A stretch of 64,000 nucleotides of DNA from Heterodontus francisci. Taxonomy: Eukaryota. Under the pieces are notes generated by a model. That model ran no database searches, had not been told where the DNA came from, and saw only the letters and a list, made by a program, of their open reading frames with translations. Location: positions 27,128,219-27,192,218 of the forward strand of contig NC_090382.1 of NCBI RefSeq assembly GCF_036365525.1, in the 5' to 3' direction. The translations under genes and the position numbers were made by a program. Below are positions 38,003-50,421 of this stretch, piece by piece (position 1 is the stretch's first letter; every line of letters begins with the position of its first letter).

Positions 38003-38330
38003 ATGGAACAATTTAGAGGGAGCTTTACTCAGTATCTACCTTGTTTTTTCTTGATGGGGACAGTGTAGAGGGAGCTTTACTCTGTATCTAACCCCATTTT
38101 TTTTTCATCTTTTTTTTCTTTTCCAGCTGCTCTCACAGGCCCTGTACCTTGTCCTGAGATACTCTACGCTATATCTACATTTGCTCTGTATCTAACCCCG
38201 TGCTCCACCTGCCCTGGGAGTGTTTGATGGGGACAGTGTAGAGGGAGCTTTACTCTGTATTGAACCCTCGCTGTACCTGACCTGGGAGTGTTTGATGGTA
38301 CAGTGTAGAGGGAGTTTAATCCTGTATCTC
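38003..38330. repeat. About 67-bp imperfect tandem repeat
   Basis: ACAGTGTAGAGGGAG core at 38060, 38233, 38300 and a degenerate copy at 38008. Confidence 0.85.
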
Positions 38331-38529
38331 ACTGTACAGTAATTGATTTGAAAGTGCTTGATCCTGACACTGGGTGCCTGAAGCAAAGTGTGTTCCATTC
38401 ACAACACCAACACCACTCTGTCTGATGTGCAAATATTGACAAGAAAAATGTTTTTAAAATTTCGGAATGTAATTTCCTCCAATCACAGTAACAAGATTGA
38501 GGAAAGAAACCAACTCCTTTATAAAATAT

Positions 38530-38535
38530 TTTATT
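38530..38535 (-). terminator. Putative foxi1 polyadenylation signal
   Basis: AATAAA on minus strand followed by GU/U-rich GAGTTGGTTTCTTTCC; implies an AU-rich 3' UTR of about 1.2 kb. Confidence 0.5.
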
Positions 38536-39729
38536 GTAAATGATTTCCCTTTCTCCTTTGAGGTAATATTTTACAAAGCATAAAAATGAATGTAAGAAAA
38601 TGTACAAATTACAAACCACAATCAGACACAATAACAAATTTGCTCAAAATAGTGGACAATTAATTGAAATTTGTAAGAACCAGATGCCATATTACAGCAC
38701 ACAAATTTAACATGCTTCAGAAAGCCTAAAACACTCAATAGAATATTATATGGTCTATAATCCTCCCATTTAAATAACTGTACTGAGATTAATAATGTCA
38801 GGATTGAAATGTATACATAAAATTATTTATATTTTTGGATCTTTACCAATTTTCTTCTCTCCTCCCCTGAACACCCGTATTACATTACTATAGGTGTTTG
38901 CCGCCCTTCTCATTCATTGCAAACCTGCAGAGTGAATGTTGTCAGGCTAGTCAACCGTGAAGATCATTACAGCAAAGCCTGTTCTTGGTCCTTACCCAAT
39001 GCCCGCACACTTTCCAACAGGTGGTTTCTGGATAGCGATTGAAAGCGGAAGGCTGAGTTTTACCCTTGCATTGCTCAGGGCACTGAGGCCAATTAAAGAG
39101 GATTCTTGAATGTGCCATATTTTTACTAAAAATAGTACTCTCTCTGGCCATCCCTATATATTTGTGGCTTACAGAGGAGCCCAACACCTTCAAGAGCTCT
39201 TCCTTCTCCAAGGCCCAATGTGAGTCAGCCTTGTTGGGATTGGTTCAGCAAATGTTCAATTAAAGTGGTGCCTGAACTCTGCCCCAAGGACCATAGGGGG
39301 TCCTTCATTCCTGGGCAATATATCCCTCGAACACAGTCCCACCTGTGCTTCTGTTTCTCTGTCACTGATTTGCCTTGTTGGAATTTTATGGGTCTGGAGG
39401 TTTGAGAAGCTTCTGTTGCTTCATTGAATCAGAATACCAAGATCTGTTAAGATCAGCAATTTGGGATTAATGCAAATTAATGGGAATCTGGATTCAAACT
39501 TTATATAGGGCCCTGAGACTCCATGGTACACACGTATGTGCCCTAAGATTCAAGACACTTGGTTTAAGTTGTACTAATGTCCTTTTATCCCTATTGCAGA
39601 GTTTAAAATACTGGAATACAATACCCATGGAATGTTTTCTCATAAATAAACTACATAGCATCAAATTGAATTTTTTTTGTTGTAATTATTTAATTTTTAC
39701 ATTGATCCTTCATTCAACGAATCTTCCCT

Positions 39730-40253
39730 TTACACCTCTGTCCCTTCCCTGGAGTACAGCAGACTGTTTGCATTGATGCTGTTGTAGAAGTGATTGTTGA
39801 ACTGGTTTAGCACTGAAGAATAGCCATAACGATTTGATGCTCCTGGATCAGACCACTCCGACCCAGACTGGCCCAAGATGTTACTGGAAGGTGAGTATGA
39901 GCTAAACCCCATCATATTCTGTCCCATCCTCTGAGAGGTGTCATTGACCAGTCCAAGAGAGGTTTGCCTCCCTCCTGCCGGATTGTTGTAGGTTGACATA
40001 CTGGATATGAAGTTGCTGAGGCAGGGAGCAGAGATGGGGGGAGGAGATTTCTTTTCTGGAGACGTCCTGGTGGAGGAGTTGTCCAGGATTCCTGGACTTT
40101 GGGGTGCCTTGTGGCTGCTATCATCGGGTTTCTCAGTGCCAATATTGCCGGCGGCTGTACTGGGATCTGACTTCCTCTTCCTCTTGCGCCGGAAGTTTCC
40201 ATTATCGAACATTTTTTCACAGTTTGGATCCAGGGTCCAGTAATTTCCTTTAC
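39730..40253 (-). CDS. foxi1: Forkhead box I1, coding exon 2
   Basis: Acceptor ATTGCAG| after a pyrimidine tract; restores G|[29 protein letters not shown]; FoxI C-terminus YSREGTEV then TAA; 524 nt; joined CDS 1089 nt = 362 aa. Confidence 0.97.
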
Positions 40254-41066
40254 CTGCAATATATGGGAGGGGGAAGAAAAGAAACATGTGAGATGTCACA
40301 AGACAGTGAAATGAGTCAGCTCATTGACAAGTGTGACAATCTACTCACAATTTGCCATTGGGAAAGTCTGCATGAGTTTTGAACACCTTTGAACATTCTC
40401 CTCACTCACATTCAATGAGCGACTCAATGCTATTTTACCCATACAGCTATGGTTAGTGTCCATCAGAACTTTTTTCTCTTAATCCCTTTCTGCCCATAGC
40501 CTCATCATGCTGAAATCAAGGTTTGTTATATTGTCTCCAGTTCCCATATGTGCTTTTCCAGGACCTCAAAACTGAAGAACTTCTTGTCTCCTTCAACCTT
40601 TTCTTTCCTCCTACATCCGACAGTCTACCAAAATCAAAGCTTAATGTTTTCTAACCGTTTGATTTAACCTTGTCTTCATGTCCTGCTCCCTGCAACCTTG
40701 TCATTGCTGTGCACTGTGAATCTTGGCCCTTCAGCTAGGTCACTTAGTTAAAATAAAAATACAAGGTGAAGTCTGTCCAAGCTGAGGCTGCTGGTATTGG
40801 TGTGAAATTGTTGGGCGCGATGCAATTTTAAAGTATTGGTGACCAATTCAGTCATGTAGTCAGTAAATTTAGTCTCCTATTCTCTCCCAGGGTAGCACCA
40901 TTCCTAGGATTTTAATCAATATTTCAACCCCTGCCTGTAAAATATGCAAAACAATGAACTCAGCTCATGTGATCAATGCTGTATGAATGAATCTATCAAG
41001 AATGTACATTTCAATTGTAGTTTAGAGAGAGACTTAAAACAATATTAAAATCAGAAGGTAACTTAC
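40254..41066 (-). other. foxi1: foxi1 intron, 813 nt, GT-AG
   Basis: Canonical sites at the conserved FoxI intron position inside the forkhead domain (DDPG/KGNYW). Confidence 0.93.
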
Positions 41067-41631
41067 CTGGATCATCCTCATCTCTGGGGACTTTCTTAAA
41101 ACAGTCGTTGAGGGAAAGATTGTGCCTGATGGAATTCTGCCACCCAGCTTTGCTCTTGTTGTAAAAGGGAAAGTTGTCAGCCACATACTGATAGATTTGA
41201 CTGAGGGTCAGTCTCTTATCTGGTGCCCCGTGAATTGCCATTGCAATCAGAGCTGAGTAGGAGTAGGGTGGTCTCACTAGTTTCAGAAGCTCTTCCTGGT
41301 TGGGGATGGAAAGCCACCCTAAGTCTGATCCTCCCAAACTGGAGCTGTTGGGGAGGAACTGTCTTGGCATCCCGTAGGACTGCGGGATGAAGGGGCTGCC
41401 ATTGGATCCCGACAGGTATGACGAGGAGTTCATGGATGGCCCATTTAACCAGAGGTAGGGGTTGCTGGCTGAGCTGTAGTCCTCGATGTCATAGTTGGAT
41501 GGCCTCTGTGCATTCTGCTGGTGGAAGAAGTTCTCACAGAAGATGTTCATCTCTGGTGGTTCTTGACCGATGCTGGGGAACTGAGGGCTGCATCGAGGGG
41601 GCGATTGTGTCTGCAGATCGAATGAGCTCAT
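41067..41631 (-). CDS. foxi1: Forkhead box I1, coding exon 1
   Basis: [30 protein letters not shown]-terminus matches vertebrate FOXI1; forkhead domain [14 protein letters not shown]...[25 protein letters not shown]; ends at donor CCAG|GTAAGT (GT at 41066-41065); 565 nt, phase 1. Confidence 0.97.
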
Positions 41632-41714
41632 AATCTCTTCAGGCCAATGAGGGTTGAATCAACCAGTAGAATCTCTTGTGGCAAAGCAACTGTCAAAGCA
41701 CTTGCACCTTGCAC

Positions 41715-41795
41715 CTCATACTTATACACCTGCATTCTCAGGGGATCTATTACAAGCTCCACCCCTGGCTCACACTGATTGGTGCTGACATCACT
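41715..41795 (-). promoter_or_regulatory. Putative foxi1 core promoter
   Basis: On minus strand: TATAAG 41726-41721, CACCC/GC box 41759-41765, CCAAT 41782-41778, CRE-like TGACATCA 41786-41793; order and spacing fit a TSS about 60-70 nt before the ATG. Confidence 0.6.
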
Positions 41796-42333
41796 GAGTC
41801 GAAATGTTGACGGTTCAGTTTCTCTTGTATGTTTGGTCAGTTTAACAAGCCGATGTGCTACTTAGAGTGGGAGTGGGGGTGGGGGTGTGGGGTGGGGGGG
41901 GGGGGGGGCGGTGGGAAGAAAAACTAGTGAGTTATTTACACTGTCAACATGGACACATTGCCCGAAGCACTCTGTAATTGAGAATTGCTCAGCACATTAT
42001 TGTGCAAGGCTTAGTCAAACCCAATCCAAATAAAAGTCAAAAAGGAGAGAAAAGAGAGATCCACATGAAATACATTTGTTTTACCTGATTGTATTTATTT
42101 ATATATAAAGAAAACTCTCGGTACCTCTCGGAGTTAGCAAAGTGGAGGTTGAATAAAATTCTGTCTCTTCCTTTTTTTCTCTATGATTAGCAAAGTGTTT
42201 TGCCTGGGGTAAGTGACAATAGATATTGCAGTGTAATATAGGACAGGTTTTCAAACAGAAAAATGAGGGAGCGAGCTGGATAAAGCAAGCACCAGAAACA
42301 GACTAGATAACTCTAACCCTAACAAAGGCAGGT

Positions 42334-42484
42334 ATTAGCAGCCACTACAGACTTTATAATCCTAACCCTAATATTAACGCTAGTTATAACAACAGATTAG
42401 CACCAGCTACAAACTTTATAACCCTAGCCCTAATATTAACGCTAGTTATAACAACACATTAGCAGCAGCTACAGACTTTATAAG
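42334..42484. repeat. 62-bp tandem repeat, about 2.4 units
   Basis: ATTAGCA at 42334, 42396, 42458; CCCTAATATTAACGCTAGTTATAACAACA identical in two units. Confidence 0.92.
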
Positions 42485-43386
42485 ACCTATTTTTTTTAGT
42501 CCTGCTGGTTTACATTTTCCTGTTCTCCCTGCCCCTCTCCTATGAGAGCTGACCCTTGTGCCTCAGTGCCACCATCTCAGTCCATCCTCCTGCTACTTTT
42601 GTCCAAGTGGCTGTTCTATCCTTGTGAGCCCAGGCAGTGACTGTTGGTGGCTTATTCGACTGTTGTGGGGTGGGGGGTGGGTGCGGTGGTGGTGATGTGG
42701 TCATCGCGGCTGATTCCGGTTCCATACTGACACAACTGCTTCCACAGTTGGGATCCTTAAATAATGGTCAGCATTTGGCATTGCCGGCTGTTTCTTCCCT
42801 CCCCGGCTCTGGGGGATGTCTTTCATTGGGGATTAAAAGTCAGTACCTCAACATCATAAACTGTTTATAGTGATAAGGAAATAAAATTAATGAGAATAGA
42901 AATTTCAATCATACACAACCCCCACACACACGTTACTTGTTATGTTAAGGGGATGAGTGGCACATGATCGCACGGCAGTTGGAGATTATTAACGTCAGGA
43001 TAGACATAATTAATTTTCATTGACGATTTTACCTCAAGCTTCAGACAGCTGCCTGTCCCCAGCACTGTACAGGAGCTGTTGAAGACTGCAATGTTTAGCC
43101 TCATTAGCTCTGCTCCTGGCAGTAAAATAGGTAAATAGAATTAAAGGGACGACTTGCCAAAAGGTTAAAAATTCGTCCCTCTCCTGCTGCAACAGTTAAG
43201 ATATCACGGAAGGCTTTCTCATTCCCCATTGGCTCTTAGTTTCACTTAGCTTTGTTCTCTGAAGGTGCTGACTTGCTGTGTTGCAACTCCACACTATCTT
43301 ACCCCATGCGTCATTGGTTATTGATAGATCACTGAAGGCTTTTGTGGTCAGTCCTGCTGCTGTCCACACCATGTCAGCCTATCCAA

Positions 43387-43665
43387 AGAAAAGAAAGACT
43401 TGCATTTCTATAGCACCTTTCACAATATTAAGCTGTCACAAAACACTTTACAGCCAATTAATTATTTTCTGAAGTGTTGTCATGTCAGAGACATGGCAGC
43501 CAATTTATGCACAGTAAGATCCCAAAAGCAGCAATTTCTATGTTTTAGAGATGTTGGTTGTGGGATAAATGTTGGTTAGGACACAGGGGAGAACTCCCCT
43601 GCTCTTCTTCAAAATAGTGACAAAGAATATTTTATGTACACCTGAGAGGACAGATGTCTCATCCA
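43387..43665 (-). mobile_element. Deu-domain SINE fragment
   Basis: GGACACAGGGGAGAACTCCCCTGCTCTTCTTCAAAATAGTG, reverse of the Deu core. Confidence 0.8.
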
Positions 43666-43717
43666 AAAGTATTTCTTTATATCAGTGAACCAGAGTCCAA
43701 CCAGATTCTCTGTAATA

Positions 43718-43736
43718 TGTTGCCCTCTAGTGGCCT
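43718..43736 (-). promoter_or_regulatory. CTCF motif
   Basis: Minus strand AGGCCACTAGAGGGCAAC matches CCASYAGRKGGCRS except at the last position. Confidence 0.65.
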
Positions 43737-44891
43737 TCTTCCACAACAGAATTATACCTTATCACTTGACATGGCTTAGAAATTCATCCTTTTAGGCAAT
43801 TTAGCACCCCGAGTTTTGGTCTCCTAAGCCTGCAATATGGTGGGCAGGAAGACCATTCTCATCATATGCCATAAGAACGCTGCCCGCCATATGGCATAAC
43901 CAAAAATATTAACGTGCAGTGCACATATGCGAATAAGGGGCCGAACTGTGAGGCTCCCACTTGCTTTGCAATATTGCACCCAGGAAAACCAAGCCAACAT
44001 GCAGGTGATATTTATAGGCCACAACTAACAAAGTAAGATTTTAGAATATGCTTACAAAAGTTGCAAAGCATTTGCAGCACAGAAACTGGTCATTCAGTCC
44101 AACTGGTCAATGCTGGTGTTTATGCTCCACACAACCCTCATTCCATCCCTCATCATCTAGCCCCATCAACATATACTTATATTCCTTTCTCCCTTACGTG
44201 TTTATCTAGATGACACTTAAATGCATCTATGCTATTTCCTCAACTACTCCTGCTGTAGCTTGTTCCATGTTCAAACCAGTCTCTGGGTAAAGAAATTTCT
44301 CCTGAATCCAGAAGACATAGGAACATAGGGCTTAGGAGCAGGAGTAAACCATTCAGCCCTTCGGGCCTGCTCCACCATTCGATAAGATCATGGCTGATCT
44401 GGTTGTGGTCTCAACTCCACTCTCCTGTCTGCCCCCATAATCCTTTTAACTTCCTTATCTATCAAAAATCCATCTAACTGAGCCTTGAATGAATTCAATG
44501 ACCCAGCTTCCACTGCTCTCTGGGGAAGAGAATTTCACAGGCTAATGACCCTCTGACAGAAAAAAAATTCTCCTCATCTCCGTCTTAAAAAGGAGACCTC
44601 TTATTCTTAAACTGTGTCCCTTAGTTCTAGTCTCCCCAACAAGAAGAAACAGCCTCTTGGTATCCACTCTATAAAGTTTCTTATTTGATTTGTTAGTGAC
44701 TATCTTATATTTATGGCCCCAAGTTCTGCACTCACCCATAATTGGAAACGTCTTCACTACGCCTACCCTATCCAACCCTTTCGTAATGTTAAAGATCGCT
44801 ATCAAGTCACCCCTCAGTCTTCTCTTTCCTGAAGAAAGGAGTCCCAGTCTGTTCAATCTTTTCTGATAAGTATAACCTCTCAATTCTGATA

Positions 44892-45223
44892 TTTTATTTT
44901 TTATTTATTTTATTTAGAGTTACAGCACTGAAACAGGCCCTTCAGCCCACCGAGTCTGTACCGACCAACAACCACCCAATTATATTAACCCTACAGTAAT
45001 CCCATATTCCCTATCACCTCCCTACACTAGGAGCAATTTACAACGGTCAATTTACCTATCACCTGCAAGTCTTTGGATGTGGGAGGAAACTGGAGCACCC
45101 AGCGAAAACCCACACAGACACAGAGAGAACTTGCAAACTCCACACAGGCAGTACCCAGAATCGAACCCAGGTCCCTGGAGCTGTGAGGCTGCGGTGCAAA
45201 CCACTGCGCCACTGTGCCGCCCA
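44892..45223 (-). mobile_element. HE1-type V-SINE
   Basis: Full-length, (TAAAA)n tail. Confidence 0.92.
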
Positions 45224-45551
45224 TCAATTTAGCAAATCTTTTTTGCACCTTCTCCAGTGCTTCTATGTCTCTTTTATATCTGGATACCAGACTGCGTACA
45301 GTACTCCAAGTGTGGTCTAACTAAGGTTTTATACAAGGTTAACATAACTTCTTTGCTTTTCAATCTTATCCACTATAATGAACCCCAGTACATTGTTTTC
45401 TTTTTATGGTATTATTGACCTGTGTACTTTTAGTGATTTGTGTATCTGTGCCCCCAAATATCTATGTTCCTCTACCCCATTTAGACTCGTATTTTGTAGC
45501 CTTCTTATTCTTCCAATCAAAAAATATTACCTCACACTTATCTATAAGTGT

Positions 45552-45858
45552 GGGTGGCACAGTGGTGCAGTGGTTAGCACCACAGCCTCACAGCTCCAGG
45601 GACCCGGGTTCGATTCTGGGTATTGCCTGTGTGGAGTTTGAAAGTTCTCCCTGTGACCACATGGGTTTTCGCCGGGTGCTCCGGTTTCCTCCCAGAGCCA
45701 AAGACTTGTAGCTGATAGGTAAATTAGCCATTGTAAATTGCCCCTAGTGTAGGTAGGTGGTAGGGAATATGGGATTACTGTAGGGTTAGTATAAATGGGT
45801 GGTTGTTGGTCAGCACAGACTCAAAGGGCCTGTTTCAGTGCTGTATCTAAATAAAATA
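45552..45858 (+). mobile_element. HE1-type V-SINE
   Basis: A box, B box, V domain and tail. Confidence 0.92.
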
Positions 45859-46528
45859 TATTGAAGTTCATTTGTCAATTAAATTTCCATTCTGCAAGTT
45901 TATTAATGCCTTCCTGTGTTTCATCACAGCTCTCCTCTGTATTAGTTACACACCACAATTTGCTGTCATCCACAAATTTTGAAATTGTACTTCTGATTTC
46001 TCATTCCAAATTATTTATGTAAATGGTAAACAACAGTGGTCCCAGCACCGATCCTTGTGAAATACCACTTACCACCATTTGCCTGTTTGAGTAACTACCT
46101 CTAACCCTCTCTAAATCTGTTTTGTAGCCAGCTTGTTATCCATTCAGCCGCAGGTCCCATGACTCTGCATGCTTTGACTTTAGTCATGAGTTTACTATGC
46201 AGTGTCTTATCAAAGACTTTTTTGTAAATCCAAATACGTCTACTACATTACCCTTAGCTACTCTTTGTGTTACTTCCTCTATTATCTCCATGAGGTTGGT
46301 CAAGCATGGCCTTCCCTTTTGGAATCCATGCTGACCACTCCTTGTTATATTTTGAATTTCTATATGCCTTTCTATTACATATTTGAGTAAGGATTCCATT
46401 ATCTTTGCCACCACTGACATTAAGCTGATTAGTCAATAATTCTCTGGATATATTCTATCTCCCTTTGTATATATAGGAATCGCATAATCTGTCTGCAAGT
46501 CCTCTGGCAGTATTTCCTATTCAAATAA

Positions 46529-46531
<3 letters not shown>

Positions 46532-46560
<29 letters not shown>

Positions 46561-46562
46561 AG
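46532..46562. repeat. (TA)n microsatellite
   Basis: Direct reading. Confidence 0.9.
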
Positions 46563-47143
46563 ATGTGAAATAGTGTCTCTACTATCTCTTCCCTAACTTA
46601 TTCTAATGTGTGCCGATGCAATCCACCTGGACCAACAGTTTTATCCTCTCTAATGTTATTTAGTTTATCCTTTATCTCCCTCCTTTCTACCATAATTGTC
46701 ATTATTTCTTTTGTAATCTCTTCTTCTAATGTCATGTCTACCTTGTTAGTCACCCTGGTAAATACTGAAGCAAGTTAGGAGTGTGATGGAATATTTTCCA
46801 CTTTCCTGGATGATTACAGCTCCAACAATACTCAAGCAGCTCAGCACCATGCAGCCCGCTTGACCAGCACCCCATTCACCACCTTAAACATTCACTCCCT
46901 CCACCAGCAGTGCACAGTAACTACACTGTGTACCATCTGCAAGATGCACTGCAGCAATTCGCCAAGTCTCCTTCAACAGCACCTTCCAAACCTGTAACCT
47001 GTAATCACCGAGAGGGACAAGGGCAGCAGGTGTATGGGGACAGCACCACCTGCAAGTTCCCCTACAAGTCATACATCATCCTGACTTGAAACTATAGTGT
47101 CGTTGATTCATTATTGCAGTGTCAAAATCTTAGAACTCCCCAC

Positions 47144-47310
47144 CAATGTACCCTCTATTTTTATTTTCTCGTGCACAGGTGATTAGTTAAGTGTGCGGGT
47201 CCTTAAAATTTTTTTGCATGGCCGCACACAGGTGGTAACTTAAAGGAGCCAACTTGCACATGGCTTGCGTGGGAACTTTCAATTTGTTGCTCATCTTATT
47301 GGGAACATGG
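47144..47310. mobile_element. hAT-like MITE
   Basis: TIRs CAATGTACCC / GGGAACATGG; 8-bp TSD CTCCCCAC / CTCCCTAC. Confidence 0.7.
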
Positions 47311-47393
47311 CTCCCTACCTAACAGCACTGTGGGTGTACCTATACCACATGGGCTACAGCATTTCAAGAAGATCGCGTACCACCACTTTCTCA

Positions 47394-48178
47394 ACAACAA
47401 CAACTTATATTTATATAGAACCTTTAATGTAATAAAATGTTCCTAAGTGCTTCACAGAAGCTTAACAAAGCAAAATTAGACACCCCGCCATGAAAGGCAA
47501 TATTAGGCCAGATGACTGAAAGCTTGGTCAAAGAGGTAGGTTTTATGGAGCGCCTTAAAGGAAGGTAGAGAGGTAGAGAGGCAGAGACTTGGACGGAGGG
47601 AATTCCTGAAATTAGAGGCAGCTGAAGATGCGGCCAACAATAGTGGAGCGATTAAAAACAGGGATGCTCAAGAAGCCAGAATTAGAGGACTGCAGATATC
47701 TCGGAGGGTTGTGGGGCTGAAGGAGATTACAGAGATAGGGAAGGGTGAGACCATGGACGGATTTGCAAACAAGGATGAGGATTTTAAAATCAAAGCATTG
47801 CTTGACCAGGAGCCAATGTAGATCGGCGAGCACAGAGGTGATAGGAGAACAGGATTTGGTGTGCATTAAGACACAGGCAGCAGAGCTTTGGATAGTCTCA
47901 AGTTTATGGAGGGTAGAATGTGGGAGACCAGACAGGAGTGTGTTGGAATACTCAAGACTAGAGATAATGAAAGCATGAATGAGGGTTTCAGCAGCAGATG
48001 AGCTGAGGCAGAGGCAAAGTCAGGCTATGTTACAAAGCTGGAAACAGGCAGCTCCTCGTGATGGTGCAGATATGTGGTCAGAAGCTCATCTCGGGGTCAA
48101 ATAATACACCAAGATTGTGAACAATCTGTTTATTGTCAGACAGTTGCCACAGAGCGGTATGGAGTCAGTAGCTGGGGA
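47394..48178 (-). mobile_element. L2 LINE 3' fragment
   Basis: PITSVLADLHWLLVKQCFDFKIL...PYLCNLL; (TTG)n tail. Confidence 0.9.
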
Positions 48179-49489
48179 AATTTAGGGATGGGAAATAAAT
48201 GCTGGCCTTACAAATGACATTGACATCGCGTGAACGAATAAAAACAGTAATTATTTAATATTTCTTCCATTTCCCTTTATTATCTGTGAGTTTATAGTGT
48301 ACATCCTTTAGGGGTCCTATCCCTATCCCAATTATTCTTTTATTATTTTTGTGTCTATATATACTTTTTATGTTCCTTGACATTTGAAAAGGAACAATAT
48401 TAAAGACAAATTAAACTGCCTCTACAGCAATGTGCACAGTATCTAAAATAAAACTGCAGGACTAGGGGCAATAACTTGTGGCAAGGAACCAGGTATGTAG
48501 CAGATACTTATTTAATGTAAATTGTATCTATTTACTGTTGGTTTCCTCCATTTCTTTCTTTTGTCCCCTCAGAGCAATTTATGTATTTAGCTTCTTTGGT
48601 TTAATAGTTTATCTAAAGATTATTATGCTCTTAATACTTACGATAAATGATGGATTAATCACATAGCTGTGATTCATTGACTCTGCTGCTTCTCATTTGC
48701 TGTTGATTTTATGAATGCTTTCCCCTCGCTTTGTCTGGTATTAGCTGCTGCTACTTGATCTTTGTTGCTGCCACTCCTTTTTAATCAATCATAGTTAACT
48801 GAATGTCAAGCCAGAAGGAGCAAGAGTGATCACCACATTCAAAATACATGGGTCCCTGCCCTCCCACAAACCATCGCTTAACTCTCCCTGGTGTCATGCT
48901 CATGTGAAGTGCAGTGATGAAAATACAGAACCCAAGAGTTATAAAAATTGACTTTTCCTTTCAAACAGTGGACAATGTGCTGCAAAATGGCCACCGAAGG
49001 TCAAAGAATCTGTTCCTGTATATTCAAACTGTCTTATTGTCTGTTTAGGACCAGTACCCTGAACCCATCAAGAGACATTTTTGAATTAAATGGGTTCTTC
49101 TGAAATAAAGAAGGTGTAAAATAGTCACATTATTGGTCACCTCAGGGAGGAGACTCTGCGTCTCCTAACAGAGGCAACATGTGAGAGATTTTGACCTTAA
49201 AAAAGCTTTCTGGAAAGAGAGGGAAGAATCAGAACAACATCACAGAAGCCTGTCCAGCCAAGAGTTGTGAAAGATCCAGCAAAAGCCAAAGAAGCAGCTC
49301 TGCTGTGAATTCTGCACTTCAATTTGTTGCAGCAGAGAACTAACAGTGACCACCACTTCCATACTGAAGTCTCAACCAGCAGAAAAATCTACAAACAATC
49401 CAAGTCTGAAACTTTGAAAGAGAAACTGTCCTCAGAGAGATTGAAGAGGTTTACCATGAACCCCGAACATCTACCTCACTTCAAACCAC

Positions 49490-50421
49490 TGTTACGATCA
49501 CGTGAGGAGAGGTCGAAAGGCTCCCCTCTTGTACCTTGATCATAAAAAAAACAATCAGACAGGTTTACTCGAGTTTAAACAAAAAAAGAAGTTAGATCCT
49601 TGTACTTAAAAATCAAAACCTGATCTAAGTAACATGTTCACACACACACACACGATAATCATACACACAAATAGATTATAGAGTGAAGAAGAATTAATTG
49701 GTTGGATTAGAGTCCAGAACAAATAAAAGAATATACAGTCTGTGGAATCTGGTAATTCAGTAATCTTCCGAATGAATTTGTGGTCCTAATGTTTCTGGCT
49801 GGTAGAGGTAGCCACCTAGTTCATGGTTTTCTTGGAGACAGTAATGTAGATGGATTTCTCCCTGGGGTCTCTGTCTGCAACAATGATAGACTTGGATGTT
49901 TTGCAGCCCGCAGGCAGGGTTCAAACTTACAGCGTTGCCTGGAGAGAGAGAGAGAGAGAGAGAAACCCCCACTGGTGTCCTGCACGGGTCAAAAACAGGT
50001 GCCTGTTTGCTATGGCCAAAAGAAACTAAGTTTTTACACAGAGGGAGAGACTGTCACTTAATTGTCCAGTGTATTCTCTCTTTGGGATCTTAATTAGTTC
50101 AAGTCTTAGAATTCCAATCTCTCTCTTGGATCTGATTGTTTCACTGTTTAACCCTTTGAGGTTCATCTCCATCGTTGTTAATGTTCCAAGAAGGCTTTGA
50201 ATGTCTTCTTAATGCAGGTAAGGCAGGTAGCTCATTCAAAAATTCGCAAGCCATTGTTCTGGTGGTAGATTAATCTGGACATTCATCTTCACCTCGATAT
50301 CTTGGTATGTAAGGTATTTCAATGCAAATTGTGGTGACCATATTAGCTGCTTTCTTTTAAAAGTTAAATTTAGGTTTCCAACGATGGATTAAAAATCATC
50401 ATTTAGCATAGCACCATGACA
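49490..50421 (-). mobile_element. Solo LTR nested in the solo LTR
   Basis: TGTCATGG...CTCCTCACGTGATCGTAACA on minus strand; homologous to 21088-22017. Confidence 0.85.

Larger units (their letters stand above)
44060..46772 (-). mobile_element. Old CR1 LINE with a nested CR1 3' end (about 44312-44670)
   Basis: QHGFQKGRPCLTNL and RRLRGDLI motifs; two CR1 tails. Confidence 0.85.
46775..48245 (+). mobile_element. LINE family B 3' fragment interrupted by a hAT MITE and an L2
   Basis: RSVMEYFPL...; tail resumes at 48180 TAGGGATGGGAAATAAATGCTGGCC. Confidence 0.8.

Noticed and set aside
40254-40299. Upstream Met of the 189-aa ORF as a separate gene
   Set aside because: Intronic polypyrimidine tract; the ORF is foxi1 exon 2
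41011-41066. ORF-track extension [17 protein letters not shown] of foxi1 exon 1
   Set aside because: Read-through into the intron past a consensus donor
42309-42372. Interstitial telomeric repeat (CTAACCCTAA)
   Set aside because: Fewer than two full units per site; part of the 62-bp repeat
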